DNA from: Eledone cirrhosa
Taxonomy: Eukaryota
DNA: 64,000 nt
Reading direction: 5' to 3'
Assembly: GCA_964016885.1 (NCBI GenBank)
Contig: OZ024743.1
Span: 220,100,001-220,164,000 of the forward strand
This document shows positions 38,201 to 54,102 of the stretch, in pieces (the stretch's first letter is position 1; the number at the start of each line of letters is the position of its first letter). The notes under the pieces are model-generated. The model saw nothing but the letters and a program-made list of their open reading frames with translations, did not search any database and had not been told where the DNA came from. The translations under genes and the position numbers were made by a program.

Positions 38201-39037
38201 ATGGATACTTGAGACGTAAAACACAGACCATAGAGGGGATAAACCACTCAAAAAGCCTGGCATGGAGTTCCGACAAGTTTATGACATCACACCTTGAGGG
38301 ATATCTCTATGCAATACAGGAACAAGAACTCCCTACCAAATATCTGCTGCACAAAAGAGGAGGGCCAGCAGCTGCCAATAAATGTAGGCTATGTAAAACA
38401 AAGATCGAGGATGTAAGCCACATTGTTGCCAGCTGCGAAAGAATGTCATCTCGTTACTACCTCCCCATGAGACACGATGGGATAGCTAGAACCATCTGGA
38501 ACGCACTTCGGAAAACAAAATTAACAACAAACGAGGAAGAATATATTGAGACAGATGGCACTAAGGAATACTGGTGGAACCTGGAAATAAAAACTACTAC
38601 CAAATTAAAGCACAACCGGCCTGATATTGTTGTTTGGGATCACACAGTGAAAGCGTGTTCTGTTGTGGAGATCAGCTGCCCACTTTATGTAAACGTTGTC
38701 AGAAAAATACAGGAGAAGGAGGACATCTACGGACCATTGATGAGGAGTTTACAAATCCAGTATCCAAGATACACCTTTAGCTTCATGCCCATCATTATTG
38801 GAGCTACGGGTTATATACCAACCCGCTTGGACCAAAGTATGATTGAACTTGGATTTGCAGACAAAAAGCGCAGCTCCCTAATCCATAGTCTACAAATGGC
38901 TGCGATAGTTAGCACCTTAAAAATTTGCAAATCATTCTTGCGATTCAAGGGATGACAATTTCTTTTCTTTTATAACCTTGCCACCAGGAAGGTGGCCGGT
39001 CAAAAAAAATATACTCGAAATTAAGAGAAAGAGATAA
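35206..39037 (+). mobile_element. Near full-length R4/Dong-type non-LTR retrotransposon (RT + CCHC + restriction-like endonuclease) inserted in (ACAT)n
   Basis: Single frame 35680-38955 with four stops (36784, 36847, 37075, 37648). KSPGPD, NYRPIAC, DYQKAFDSVPH, GIFQGDSLS, VDDLK, GGRGL, CRLC..E...HIVASC, RHD, RPDIVV..E...KEDIY. (ACAT)n on both flanks. Confidence 0.93.
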
Positions 39038-39096
39038 CATACATACATACATACATACATACATACATACATACATACATACATACATACATACAT

Positions 39097-39400
39097 ACAA
39101 CTAGTTAGGAAACTACAAGTACAATCCATTAATGGAACAGTAAAAATATGAAAAACATTCCAAAAATTTTGCATCTAATAACTGCATATACACATGTACA
39201 GATACAAAGCATATACACATGCACACATACAACTCAAAACATCCACATGCACACATACAATAACGTCCATATCTACACATGCATACATAATCTACCTAGT
39301 TGATGTGTAAATTCCAATGAGAGAGTCTTGTGTCTATGTTAGAAACAGACTCTCTCTCTATTGGAAAAACTTTGTGTAATTATAAAACCAGAAGAACATA
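39097..39400 (+). mobile_element. 5'-truncated 3' end of a second R4/Dong-type family, in (ACAT)n
   Basis: QLVRKLQVQSINGTVKI..TFQKFCI plus a 3' UTR closely similar to the reverse complement of 62465-62770. Confidence 0.85.
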
Positions 39401-39484
39401 CCTACATACATACATACATACATACATACATACATACATACATACATACATACATACATACATACATACATACATACATACATG

Positions 39485-40060
39485 TTGATTGCTACTTCTT
39501 GTCAGATGAGTGGCGTCCCTTCATTGAATTTTGCACGATTATGTGCACGCAGGTGACTTTTCAGGCCAGCTTTTGTTTTGCAGGCATGTTCGCAGATGTA
39601 ACACTTGAACTGTCAGCCTCCTGACAATATCAGCTGGGTTGTTTTCATGCATTCTACTATGTCTGGTTAGTCCACCAGCTGTCTTGAAAATTAAGCCACA
39701 CGCATTGAAAATGTACTGTTGAGAGTGTGGCAGTAGAACCATCTCATAAGTGGTTCGATTACCTCTTGGTTCGTGTGATTTCAGTTGATTGACAAATCCA
39801 ATTTTTAATAGAAAAAAATCGGTCACATACATTGCAACCGCTATTCCTGCTGCATTTTTTTCAGCCACTTCACTTGGATCCTACCTACGGAATGAACGCT
39901 TCATTTCGTTTTTTGTCAGCCATACTTGATGATCATTCTCCATGATCTACAGCCTTCAGCCAATGTCTCCCAGTTCTCCATATCAATCTTCAGAGCTTTA
40001 GACATCCTTAAACCATTTCTTTGGTTTATGCTGTGGCTTTTTTTCTTCTGGTCAGCTCTC
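39485..40060 (-). mobile_element. RTE (BovB-like) LINE 3' fragment with C2H2-like C-terminus
   Basis: KALKIDMENWETLAE..SWR; CGLIFKTAGGLTRHSRMH; CEHACKTKAGLKSHLRAH. Confidence 0.7.
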
Positions 40061-40719
40061 CATAAAAAATACATATATAAAAACATACATACACAGATAT
40101 ATATATACATATATACAAACATACATATATAATACATACATAACTACATACATACATATATACATACATACACGATGGCACCCTTAACATGAGATCTCCA
40201 TGTGCTGGAGGACACCTAAAAATATGTTTTTGAACGTTTTCTTCTCCAATTATGTTAATCTACCGCAGCATTGCTCTTGTCCATTGAGCTGGCGAAAAGT
40301 AATTGTGCCTATAATTCAAAGAGATTACGTTGTCACAGTGTCACACTGTGTCACGCTGTGTCACTCTGTGTCATGCTGTGTCACACTGTCAAACTGAATC
40401 TCATTGAGAACTACGTTAATGGTACTTATGTGTGTGGAATACTCAATCGCTTGTAGGTTAATTTCATGAGCAGGTTGTTCTGTTGATTAAACAATTGGAG
40501 CATTCGTTGTAAATACCGACGGAGGTCCACTGCACATTACACACAGGAATGGGCCCTGTAATAGTGACACTTCTCCAGATGCTAATGAAAATTGAGCACG
40601 GCTAATGAGAAGGAGGGACGGAAGTTAACGACATCCGAGAAGTTAAGTCATTTTGAACCCTTGCTTTAAACGTTATATTAGTGTTGTGAGTCTTTTCTTG
40701 GTGGAAAATGGTTTGTATG

Positions 40720-40751
<32 letters not shown>

Positions 40752-40777
40752 TGTATGTATGTATGTATGTATGTATG

Positions 40778-40853
<76 letters not shown>

Positions 40854-40944
40854 ATGAAGTATTTCCGTAGGAAAGGTAAAGGAAAAGAGAGTGCTCTATG
40901 TAGGCTACAGAGCTATTTAGTTATAACTATATATATATATATAT

Positions 40945-40975
<31 letters not shown>

Positions 40976-41101
40976 CATACATATATACATATATATATAT
41001 ATACACACACACACATATATATATAATATACACATACATTATAAATATATATTTACATACATACACACGCACACATACAAATATATAAGTATGTATGTAC
41101 A

Positions 41102-41179
<78 letters not shown>

Positions 41180-41222
41180 GAGTGAAGTACAAGCTTAGTA
41201 GCGGTTTTGTGCATATGCCTTA

Positions 41223-41283
<61 letters not shown>

Positions 41284-41919
41284 ATTTAACATACATTTTC
41301 CCTCAAAGCAACGTGCAAATATTCTATCTCAGCAGTGGTCTCTCATTATTCTTTCTGTTCTCTGCTTTGAATGTCTTAAATTCTCTCTCTTAATGCATGT
41401 GTACGTGTATGTATGTTTACATGTGTGCGCAAGAGACAATATATGTGTGCGTGCTTGTGTACGTGCGTGTGTTCGTGTGTGTGTGTGTGTGTGTGTGAGC
41501 GCAGATGTCTGAGAATATTCCAGTACATGCGTGCACATGTGTGATGGTGATGAATATTAACTTGCAATTAATACTGTTGAGTTTCTATAGGACTTAAACC
41601 CTAATTCATTTAAGCAGTGGTGCGTGTGTGTGTGAGAGAGAGTGCGTGTGTGTGCGTGCGTGCGTGCGTATATGTGTATATGTATGTGCGTGTACTAGTG
41701 AAGGCACGTGACTAAGTGGTCAGGGTGTGTGGTTAGGAATCGAAAGGTCGTGAGAACGGATCGCGGTTTCTGGCGCATTGTGTCCTTGAGCATGATACTC
41801 TATTTTTCGTTCCGTCAGTTCACGCACTGTGAATGAATATATATATACGCCAAAAATGTATACACACTTCAACAGCATTCTAATAAATATATGTATACAT
41901 TTCTTTGGGACATCCAAAC

Positions 41920-41986
<67 letters not shown>

Positions 41987-42103
41987 AACCAGTAAGACCC
42001 CGACAGCTGAGCTCAAGCCGTTTCGACGGCTAATTCTACTACCTCAAGTATTGAGTACTTAAGTGCGTTATGGTCCACCTGGTTCCTTACCACATTTCCT
42101 TCG

Positions 42104-42155
<52 letters not shown>

Positions 42156-42278
42156 CTACAAGGACGAATGGTTACTCCTTCAGTACGTGAACTCAAACAC
42201 CGGGTGCTCATCCGGGTGAACCTACAGTAACTTCGTGGATATATGGATATATGGATATATATATCCCTGGATATATGG

Positions 42279-42310
<32 letters not shown>

Positions 42311-42431
42311 ACACACACATATATATATATATATATACACATACACACATATATATATATATATATATACACATACACACACACATATATATATATATAC
42401 ACACATACACACACACATATATATGTATATG

Positions 42432-42492
<61 letters not shown>

Positions 42493-43640
42493 CATAAAAA
42501 AATGAAGTAAATCTGAAAGAAAGAAAGAAAGAAAGAAAAGGAAACATGAAATAAAGAGGAATTAATCAAAAGCCTGTATAGGCAAAGTTATTTGTTCGCA
42601 CCGAGAGCAGCCATGGTTCTGGTTGTTCATTAGGCACGAAGTAAACCAATAACAACAAAATAGTTTCGAGGCTAACAGGTTGATTCTCTTGGCGGGATGT
42701 CTTTATTTGTGAGTTACAAATCAAACGGAATCAACTGTGGTTTAACGACTGAACAACTTAAAACGTAATATGGCGACTAACACATGTTTTGGGCGAGTAT
42801 GTAATATACGATCTTGAACGCCTGCATTTACAGTTGACTTCCCAGGGTTGGTGCTACCATTAAGGCAGTCTAGGCAGCTGCCTATGGCGTAGACCTACGA
42901 AGGGCGGATTACTGAATCTTTTTTAGCAGTTGTTTTCCATAGACCTGTGTTACCAATAAGGCTAAATAGGTAACCCCCTAGGGTGCAGTTCTCAGAATGG
43001 TGCATTACTGAAGAGTTTTGAAGTTGTTTTCTGCTATTTGGCCACGTTGCGTTCACTCTCCGACAATAGTTTTCTAGTTTTAACTGCCTTGTTGACGGAG
43101 CAGTATGCAAATAACTCTGGAATCCTCAGGTGTCACTTCATTCTGTATCTTTTCTACTCTGATTGTCACCTTTCCTATTTTTCAAATAATGGTGTTGTTA
43201 TCAATCAGTCGTCCGTTACCGATCCACGGGAGTGAGCCGATGAAGGTTGGAGCAGTGTACCACCTTGTACAATATATTTCTGCTCTATCTTTACCTGTCT
43301 ATTCCGTGATGTTATACGGCCAATGTTTCCTCTGATGCTCTTGCCTTCTTTTCCATTTAATTCTCCCCCAAGAGATACCTGACACCAGTAATATCTTTAT
43401 CAAATCATTTGTTCTAACGATATTCAAATATTCTCAGGAATATTTATTATACACTTAACTTTATATTACATTTTTTCATAATCACTCGAAGATCGGCAAG
43501 ATGCGGAATCCAGTGTGTCTGAGTCACGATTCAGTTTCTAATAGAGAAAATGTCTCCTATTTCATTCAAATTTAGACGGTCGTTTTATTCTCACCACCCC
43601 TCGCCACTGGCTTGCATATATATATATAAACATAAATATA

Positions 43641-43789
<149 letters not shown>

Positions 43790-43871
43790 TGCGACAGTAA
43801 ACAGAAAACAAAAAACAACCTGGAAGCGAAGAGGCAGTACAAATGTTAATATTAGTTTCACGCTTGAGAGT

Positions 43872-43953
<82 letters not shown>

Positions 43954-43999
43954 ATAAAATGTTATAGTTTGCTTGAAGTATTGTATATAATATATAATG

Positions 44000-44786
44000 T
44001 TTTGTTGTTGTTGTTCTTTTATCTGTCCAATATTTTGGGACCTAAAAGTCCCTTCATCAGGGTTCAAGGAACCTTCAGTGGATAATGTTCCAATTTCCTC
44101 TCTTTGGGACAACATTTTGATTTTGACTTAAATTCTATCTAAGTCGTTTTCTATCGTTTTTCGATGGTTACTTCGCTTTCCACATGAATGACGTCAATTG
44201 TCAATATAGTATTTCGCGAAATCAATTTTCTTTTTTGTATGAAATGTTTAATTTGTGTGTCTTTCTATGTCAAGTACTCTGTGCTGAGTTTTAATCTATT
44301 ATTAATTTGCAGGTTGAGTCTACGTATGAGCAAGGCTTCCTTAATTCTTAAGTTGCCCACATTTCTATCACTGGCTTTGATGTTAACGGTAATATGTTGG
44401 TTGATGTTTCTACATTTGTCGATGTGTCTTTTGAATGAGGATGCGCGTGTGTTGGCGTGTTCTTTGATGCGAGTGTGAAGTGCTCGAGTCGTGCTACCAA
44501 TGTAAAACTCCTTACATTTCTTGCATTCAATCCGGATTACCACATGTGTCCGCTGGCACATACCTGTATCGCGGATAGGGCAGTTAGTCAGCGAGCATTG
44601 ATTGTTGTTGGCTCTGGATTGCTTTTTAGACAGGTATCCACGGAGTGAAAGGCCGGAGTGTGCTAACTGTATGTCCAGTCCTTCTTTGCGGATAGCTGTG
44701 CGGATAGCTGTGGTTATTCTTTCGCTGAAATGTGGTAATTTCATGAAGCAGGTGTTAGAGGAAGTCTTATGTCTGCAGACATACAT
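44000..44786 (-). mobile_element. Penelope-like element 3' fragment (Neptune/Nematis-like GIY-YIG) with mutated hammerhead at 44026-44063
   Basis: LPHFSE...CSLTNCP...C..THVVIRIECKKCKEFYIGSTTRALHTRIKEH...H...LRIKEALLI...IN; CUGAUGA agggac uuuua gguccc aAAA. Confidence 0.85.
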
Positions 44787-45085
44787 GCATACATATATAT
44801 ATGTATATCAGATTTATACAAGTTTTAAACTAGTTAGAGCATTATACTTGAGATAAGGAATATATATATAGTAGGGAGTCAGGGTCCGACAGCTGAGCTT
44901 TTGCCGTTTCAACTACAAATTTCACTCTCTATTTGCTGTCGAAAGGGCAAGAGCTCACCCGTCGGACCCTGACTCCCTACTATATATATATATGTGTGTG
45001 TGTGTGTGTCTGATGGTAGCTAAGATGCTTCCATAGGCGGTATGCCGGTTGAGCACTCTATGCTCTTACAGAGCAGAGTATGATA

Positions 45086-45310
45086 GAATAGAAAACGAAA
45101 AATCAGTGATGCATCTGAACTCAATTTATTGTGTTACATTGTTTCGTCGGGGAATATGCTCCGAAATCATTAGACGTGTCCATCTAACCTGCGGGTCCAG
45201 AATCAGACAGATCCACACAATGATCGCGTCTCGAGCTGTCGGCCGGCGAAACAATTGTAACACACAATAAATTGAGTTCAGATGCATCACTGATTTTTCG
45301 TTTTCTATTC
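45086..45310. mobile_element. Foldback element (~50-bp terminal inverted repeats) with hammerhead remnants
   Basis: GAATAGAAAACGAAAAATCAGTGATGCATCTGAACTCAATTTATTGTG / reverse complement; minus CUaAUGA...GAAAcaaugUAacac (45131-45178); plus GAAAacaauugUAacac. Confidence 0.75.
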
Positions 45311-45390
45311 AGGTGCACCAGCATGGCCTCAGCCAGATGGCTGGAACAAGTAAAAAAAAAAAAAAAAAAAAAAGTATATATATATACAAT

Positions 45391-45574
45391 GGCGGTGGAT
45401 TGGCAGTATCGGTAGAGAGTCGGACGCCATGCTTTCCAGCATAGTTACGTCCCTTTACGATCTGAGTTCAAATCCCGCCGAGGTTGACTTTGCCTTTCAT
45501 CCTTACGGGGTCGATAAAATAAAGTACCAGTAATGCACTGGGTAATTGCTGGCCTTGTGCCTAAAGTAGAAACA
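45391..45574 (+). mobile_element. Family-A tRNA SINE, well preserved
   Basis: GGCGGTGGATTGGCAGTATCGGTAGAG...GAGTTCAAATCCCGCCGAGGTTGACTTTGCCTTTCATCCTTACGGGGTCGATAAAATAAAGTACCAGT. Confidence 0.9.
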
Positions 45575-45829
45575 TATATATACAATGAATGTCCGTTTAC
45601 CAAATTCCACTCACAACGAATTAGTAAAATCGTAGCTCTAATAATAGAGACATGCTGAAGGTGCCACGCAGCAGGACTGAACCTAGAACCATATTGTTGC
45701 GAAGCGACTCTTTAATCATACATCCATACACATACACACACATACACACGCATACACACACTTATATATATGCGTGTGAGCTTTTGCCGTGTGTATGTTT
45801 ACATAAACACACACATACGAACAACCACA

Positions 45830-46130
<301 letters not shown>

Positions 46131-47101
46131 AATTATAGATACATACATCTGTACACATATGCTTACGTGTAAACATATTTCTATACATCCACACATCCAC
46201 GTACATGTACTTACATGTATATAAGTTTTTGTTATAGATGTATACGGATTGAATACATATATTAATGTGTGCACGCAGTCATAACTACACACACATACAT
46301 ACATAATTATTACACACATACATACATCATACATACACACATACACACATATTATATTAATTCATTCTTACATACATAGATACATATTATCAAATGTACA
46401 CTTGACATACATATGTGTATGCATACACACGTATCACAATGGAAGACACGTGACAATATGTTTTTTAGATGGAGAAAAGAAGAAAAAAAGCAGAGGCGTG
46501 TTGAAACACAAGGAAACTGACACTTCCACTTACAGCTTAGGTTTTTTTTTCTTCGTACTTTCACTTTCACTTTTACCGTCATTTTGCGCATATTGTATAG
46601 CGAATTGATTTTCACCGCCATTTTGTTTAGCTTTGTTTTCTCTTAAACGTCCCTTTCTGCTTTTATTTGCCGTTTGACAGCCACTCATCCACTTGAGTAT
46701 ATTGACTGGTTTGGCTTTCAACCAAAGTGTGTGCATTTAGATAAAATAGAAGACAAGCGCGCTTGATCGTGCCTAGAAAGGCGTCGTCAAAAGAAAAAAA
46801 AAGTGGTGGCTAAACTTGATCCAACCGCTGTCATAAAAGTAGTTGGCCAACGATTCTGCCCATCTTACTTTTTCTGCAGTTAATCACCAATATGTTTTTG
46901 TTCTTAGACAAATACCCGTCATCTAAGTTATATAAACGTTAACAGTCGTAGAAGCGAATGTATGTATGTATGTATGTATGTATGTATGTATGTATGTATG
47001 TATGTATGTATGTATGTATGTATGTATGTATGTATGCATGTATGCATGTATGTATGTATGTATGTATGTATGTATGTGTATGTGTGTATATCTGTATACA
47101 T

Positions 47102-47132
<31 letters not shown>

Positions 47133-47241
47133 AATGCTATTTAATAGGTATATGAATATGTGTACACACATGCACAGATATATATTTACATATATATCTA
47201 TACAGACAGACACACACACACGCACATGCACACACGCACAC

Positions 47242-47358
<117 letters not shown>

Positions 47359-48243
47359 TGTATGTATGCATGTTTTCTATATAGAATGACTGAGAGACTC
47401 GTACATGTGTTAAGAAATATATTTATTCAAAAAGGAGCTCATAATATTTTGTTAAATACTTATCTCTCTCGTCGCACTTGCCACTCTACTTTCATCTCCC
47501 TCTCTCTCCCCCTCTATCTCTCCCCTTCTCTTTCTGTCTTTCTTTCTCTCTCTCACCTTCTCTATGTATCTTTCTCTCACTTAAATAATCACCAACTCAC
47601 CACTATTCTTTTAGTTATTCATTCCATTAACCTATCAAATGTTCTTTTCTCTCTGTTTTTACTGCACCCTTCTCCCTTCTCTCTATATATGTTACATACA
47701 TACATACACACATACACACATACACACATACACACAGACACATAAACACGCACAATCCCACATACATATATACACATTTGAGCAGTCAATCATGTACATA
47801 CAATAAATATGTACACACACATACATACATATATAAAGATGAATAGATTTAAATTGATATACATATATTTACATACATACAAACACACACACATACATAG
47901 ACACACACACACACACACATATGTATAGATCTATTTTTATGCTAGTGAGTTTGTGCGCATGTGTGTGTATATGTGTTTCTCTATGAATATGTATACATGA
48001 GTGTGTGCGAGAGTCGTGCAGGTTTCTCTATGATCTAAAAATGCACCCGTTGATATGGTTTCGATTCTGGTGAAAGACATTTCGTATCATTTACGATTTG
48101 TATCTTGGGATCTGTCGCCATGTCCTCTAAAGGATGAGAAGGAAGACCCCTTCAGAGGTCATCCAGCATATATCTATACACACATACACACACACACATA
48201 CACACACACAGTCACTCACATATACACACATATATATATATGT

Positions 48244-48284
<41 letters not shown>

Positions 48285-48319
48285 CATACATATATATATG
48301 TACACACACACACACACAT

Positions 48320-48406
<87 letters not shown>

Positions 48407-48659
48407 TGTGTGTGTGTGCGTTTGTGCGTGTGTTTTTGAATTGGTTTTGCAAGAAAATAAAGGCAAAACTAATTTACAAGGTCTTTGGCTTAAGTATCAT
48501 ATTTATGCTAGTGTGTGTGGTAGGTTTACTGGATCAGGATATGGAATTTAATGTTGATGAACCTTCATATGAAGTTTTAACCCGGAGGTTGTCTTACATA
48601 TCTTGCTACAAATTTGACACATCTGGAGGTGCTGGAAGACTCGCCACATAATCTGTGTC

Positions 48660-49020
48660 TTGTCTATTCATGTGTTTTCTTATATCTTACAAAACAAGGT
48701 TTAGAGAGAAGGACACGGTGACAGAAATTGAAATTCCAATAATCAAGATTTTCAAGTCCAACCAACTCACCCTTTCTTAGTACCCCGTTTTAGCCCTGCT
48801 TTTACTTTTTTTGTTTCATTCAATAGTTGAAACCCCGATTTAATTGTCTTTCTCCATATATTACGACCAAGAGCTTGCTTTTTCCATTGATTTATATCTA
48901 AATCCAGACATTTTACATTTTCCTTAATACAGGCAAGGAGGAGGACAAGTGTGTTGGCGCACAGATGTGATTTTAAAATAGTACCCTCAATTAAATCTTT
49001 CGAAACCATTTTGTTGGTTT
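48660..49020 (-). mobile_element. Degraded RTE LINE 3' fragment
   Basis: IKENVKCLDLDINQWKKQALGRNIWRKTIKSG. Confidence 0.6.
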
Positions 49021-49368
49021 GAGAGCTGACGAGGGCAAACGTGTGTGTGTGTAAACTTGTCTTGTACATTACATCGCCTTCATTTATTTCCTCTTCCGGA
49101 CACGTCTGCGCGCCATCACACTTATCCTTGTCTCACTCCTCTTTCAATCTTTTCTATATTTCATCTGTCTGTCACCCACCTTGTGGATTGTCTCTCTGTT
49201 GACCACCGACCGCTAGTCTCTGTTCTCTGAGGTATTTTTGCCTATCTCTGTCTTTGACACCATTTGGCTATTTTAATGGCTGTTCTAGCGATGAGTTTTT
49301 TCATTTTTATATGTATTCAAATACACTCTCGCTTCTTCTCGATCAGAGACAGCTTTGTTTTTTTCATT

Positions 49369-49468
<100 letters not shown>

Positions 49469-50424
49469 CTTTCCTATAGCTTAATTACTAAACAACCTGT
49501 TAATTACTCATTCGATTTCTTTTTTACTCTCTGCTTGCTGCCAATCAGCGACCCGCTAATAATGTGAAGGGGAAGGAGGATGGGGATGAGAAGAATGAAC
49601 GACGGTGGAGGGATGATGAAGAAGATGAAGAGATGGAGTTTATAAAAGGGATAAAAGAGACCAGAAAGAATAGCAGAGCAGAAGTTATAGAAATAACAGT
49701 AGAATGAATATTAAATAAAAGATGAAAAGAACAGTCTAAAAGACAAGCAACAATGTATAACTAACTTGACGCTGCTAAAAACGTCCCTTTTGTATCATAC
49801 TTCCGTTTAACTTTCTGTTATGGCTTAACCCTAGGCCGACTTCACGGCTGCATTGTCCCCCTCATTCTTTTCAATGTTTTAGTTAGCTGTACAATAGAAT
49901 ACAATAAAGTACACGTTACGAGGATGTACGATCAAGCTTCAGGAAATCGATCAGGGCGTGAAACGATTGTAATATACACACGCGTACATCCATTTGCAAA
50001 TCTATGTAGTTCCTTTTACCTTGTAGATCAACATGGATGCACAAAATTAGAAAGGAAGTTCATATTTGTTTGAATGTTGTAACGGCTGTATAAATCTTTT
50101 AGAAATCTTCTTTACACTGGTACTTTGTACAAGTTCAACATTGTTAGATGTGTCTACCAGCCAGCTTTGATTGTTTGAATTTAAAGAAATGTGTTATAAT
50201 CAAACAAGAAGCTTTTAGATGAATCTATGAAAAAAAGTGAATAAATAAATAAACAAATAAAAAAATAGATGAATACTGAAGAAATAAAAAAAATGCAGCA
50301 AAACAGAGAAAAAGCCCAGCCAAGCGTCACTTGTATTTACAGATCGAAGTGAGTAAAATCTGAAGTGAATGAAGGCATTGCTGCTATTGTCATTTTGGTT
50401 TGTCTTTTTCTAAAGAAAAGTAGA

Positions 50425-51050
<626 letters not shown>

Positions 51051-51869
51051 TATTCCACAAATAATTAAGGCTCCATAACATGACATGGTAAAGAACGGTA
51101 GTTGAGAATTACACATGGTCTAACTTGATAGAGTATCAATCTACAAACCGAAGGGTTGATGTGTTATTTTTAATAATCGGCAACACAAATTGTCAGTCCC
51201 TCACCAAAGACATCTATGCACCGTCCTTTCCATTTCGTACAAAAAGTGCAAAATTTTAAACAGAATTAAGAAAGGAACTAACAAATGAACCAATATTTAT
51301 TCATTCATTCATTCATTTATCTATTTGTTTAACCATGTGCGTAGCTTAGTAGTTAGTGAGCTGGACTCACGATCGTAAGGTCATGATTCCGAATCCCGGA
51401 TAGGGTATGGCGTTGAGAAAGGCATAACATTTCACGTTGCGTCGCCGCTGATATTAAACTGGAACTGTTTTTATCTTTCCCTTCGACGACATTGGTGTTG
51501 TGGAGAGGGGATGTTTGTATGCATGGGCGACTACTGGTCTTCCACATAAATACTTGCCTAGGCTTGTGTTTCGGAGATGCAAACCCATAATCAGCCACTC
51601 GTAAGTGCAAAGCCCACGTCCAATCATGGCTGAAGAGGGCTTTTTCTTAGTCAAGGCTAACTATTGATTGGGGCTCGATATTCCATTGAACCTTTTCTAA
51701 GAAAACATGTTACCTATTCCTGGGTTATGTATGCAGTAGAATAATGGACTATTTAGATAAATGATAGCTATGTAACAAAAGCTAGCATGGATACCACCCG
51801 CCTTGGAAGAAACAGTTTGACAAAAATTCTACACTACCACATTTAAATTCTATTCAGCATGGTGTGCAT

Positions 51870-52730
51870 GTCTACGTTTCCCTTACCAGACCACTAACAA
51901 CAAACGCCAACCTCATTGCTAACAGCTTCCCGCCCCTCGACTCACAGAACTGGAAATTCTCCCGTTCTGTTGTCAGTTTCAGTAGACGTCTTCTGGGGAA
52001 GGAGTCTGGTATGTAAATGTAAATCTCGTTGACATGACCATCCAAACAAAGCGTTTCACCCCTCGTGTAGCTAGTCATCGCCTCCTGTATTTCAGCGGCT
52101 GTTATCGGCTTTTCGCAACACTCTCCGCTTCCGTCACCGAAAGCCGCTGCAGGCCGTCGGGGTAGGTACTGATGCCTATTTCGCGATCCAGCTCACTTGT
52201 TGCTGAAAGCCGCACACATCTATCTGGGTACGTGTAACATGCGCCCGTCGTTGTAAGCCAAAGACCGGATTGTGGCTTCGTTGCTGCGCTGAGCCCCAGC
52301 CACTCGGGCCCATCGAACAGTTGTCCCCCCCCCCTCGTGTCTAAGAGCATGCGCCCTAGCTCTGTCAATGCCGCCTTGGAGCTTCGTGCTGAAGAATTGG
52401 TCGAGGGCCAATCTTGCCGCAAGTATGTCGGTTGCGAAACCCTTTCTAAGAGCTTCTTCTAGCCTTTGTTAACTCTATCACTATTCCTTTACTAAGCCTT
52501 ATCTATCCTACACTAATCACCCTTTACAGAGCAAACCCCCTTTTGTTGTTGAAGATTGCCCTCGTCAACGCCACTTAACTAATTCACTAATCCGGTCTCT
52601 GTAAGCTTTGCGCACTGAGAACGACGTTATTAGCTTCCAGCAACCAAGTCCCTGTCTATGAAGCCTATCTAGGTAGACTATACAGACCAACAATTTGTGG
52701 CCTGTGTAATCGAATACTTTGAATTATGGA
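51870..52730 (-). mobile_element. Tx1/L1-clade LINE fragment (end of EN to start of RT)
   Basis: GHKLLVCIVYLDRLHRQGLGCWKL; LKHQGGIDRARAHALRHEG; DGHVNEIYIYIPDSF; homologous to 8040-8700. Confidence 0.75.
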
Positions 52731-53307
52731 CACCCTATGCTAGCTTTATCTACTTCCCTACATATCACTCTATCTAGATGCAAATTAGATGACCCGATCC
52801 GGGTTGACCATGTTGTGCCTGTTAGACAGTTAATAACCCTTAATAATAAGGACATTATTAGATGGTCTCAATCAATAATCTGGACTCGAGGGTTTGGGGG
52901 TAAGATGAAATCGTGTTCAAATTATCGGTTGGGTAATTTGAAATCGATTTCTGTTTACTTTCCCCACCCCAGTAATCTGAATGAAATTTCGGAGGGGTAA
53001 ATTTGAAACCGCTGCACCGGGATCTCATTATGGCAAAGTGAAAACGAAACACATCTTTGGTTTTCTTTATAGAAAAATATAGATAAGTTTCTACTCGCGG
53101 TTTAGTTGAGTCGCTGTTCTTATCCCTTCTCAGCCTGAAATAGTCCCTGGTTCTACTCTAAAACTTTCTGTTTTAAAGTGTTAATATATATTTAAAATAA
53201 TTTTATTAAGAACATTTAAGTTATGTTCTATATACTAACTTAGTAATGAGAAAGTTTGTTATATTAGAAAACCCCTCTAAATGTTTTATTATTTAAAAGA
53301 AAATTCT

Positions 53308-53600
53308 AGGCAACGAACTGGCAGAGTCATCAGAACGTCGGATAGAATGCTTTCAAATCTGAGTTCAAATCCCGCTGAGGTCAACTTTGCCTTTCATCCA
53401 TTTAAGGTCGATAAAAAATTACCAGATTAATAGTGGGGTCGATTCTTCCTCTATATATCTTTCTCTCTTCCTATCTCTCACTCTATATCCTTCTCTGGAA
53501 GAAATCTGCTGTATTCAACCCGGAGAGGAGATGGGCTCCGCCAGATACAAAATATGCTCTAGACACGCCATATGTCAATATGTCACCCCTACTACTCCTT
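53308..53600 (+). mobile_element. Family-A SINE with extended body
   Basis: GAGTTCAAATCCCGCTGAGGTCAACTTTGCCTTTCATCC. Confidence 0.8.
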
Positions 53601-54070
53601 CATTTGTTACCGGTCCATTAATACATACATTTTCAAAATTATTTGAAAATAATTGGTTGTGTCTTTCATTAGAAATATGCTACTGAAATGATTAATGTTG
53701 TACCATCTCATGTACAACGACCGGCTTCTGGCTTTTAAATATATACATATGTTCCGTTTAAACAAACCATAACGAATGTTGTCAGCTTAACCGAACACAC
53801 AGTCAGGCGCAAAGTAAATATTTGAACCGAACGCCTATACACGCAAATACAAAGAGCATTACGCATGCGCAAATACAAAGTAACACGAAAGCTGCATGTA
53901 GTTCACATTGAAAGCAAATTCTTGAGCAGGAAATCCTACAAAGAGAAGGAAGAATTGCACACAGTCTGTTGGGATACAGATATATGTACATACAATAAAT
54001 ACATGCATTATACTATGTTTATTATTCCACACTCACTTTCTTGTCTGTCAGTCTGACTTATATATGTGTA

Positions 54071-54102
<32 letters not shown>

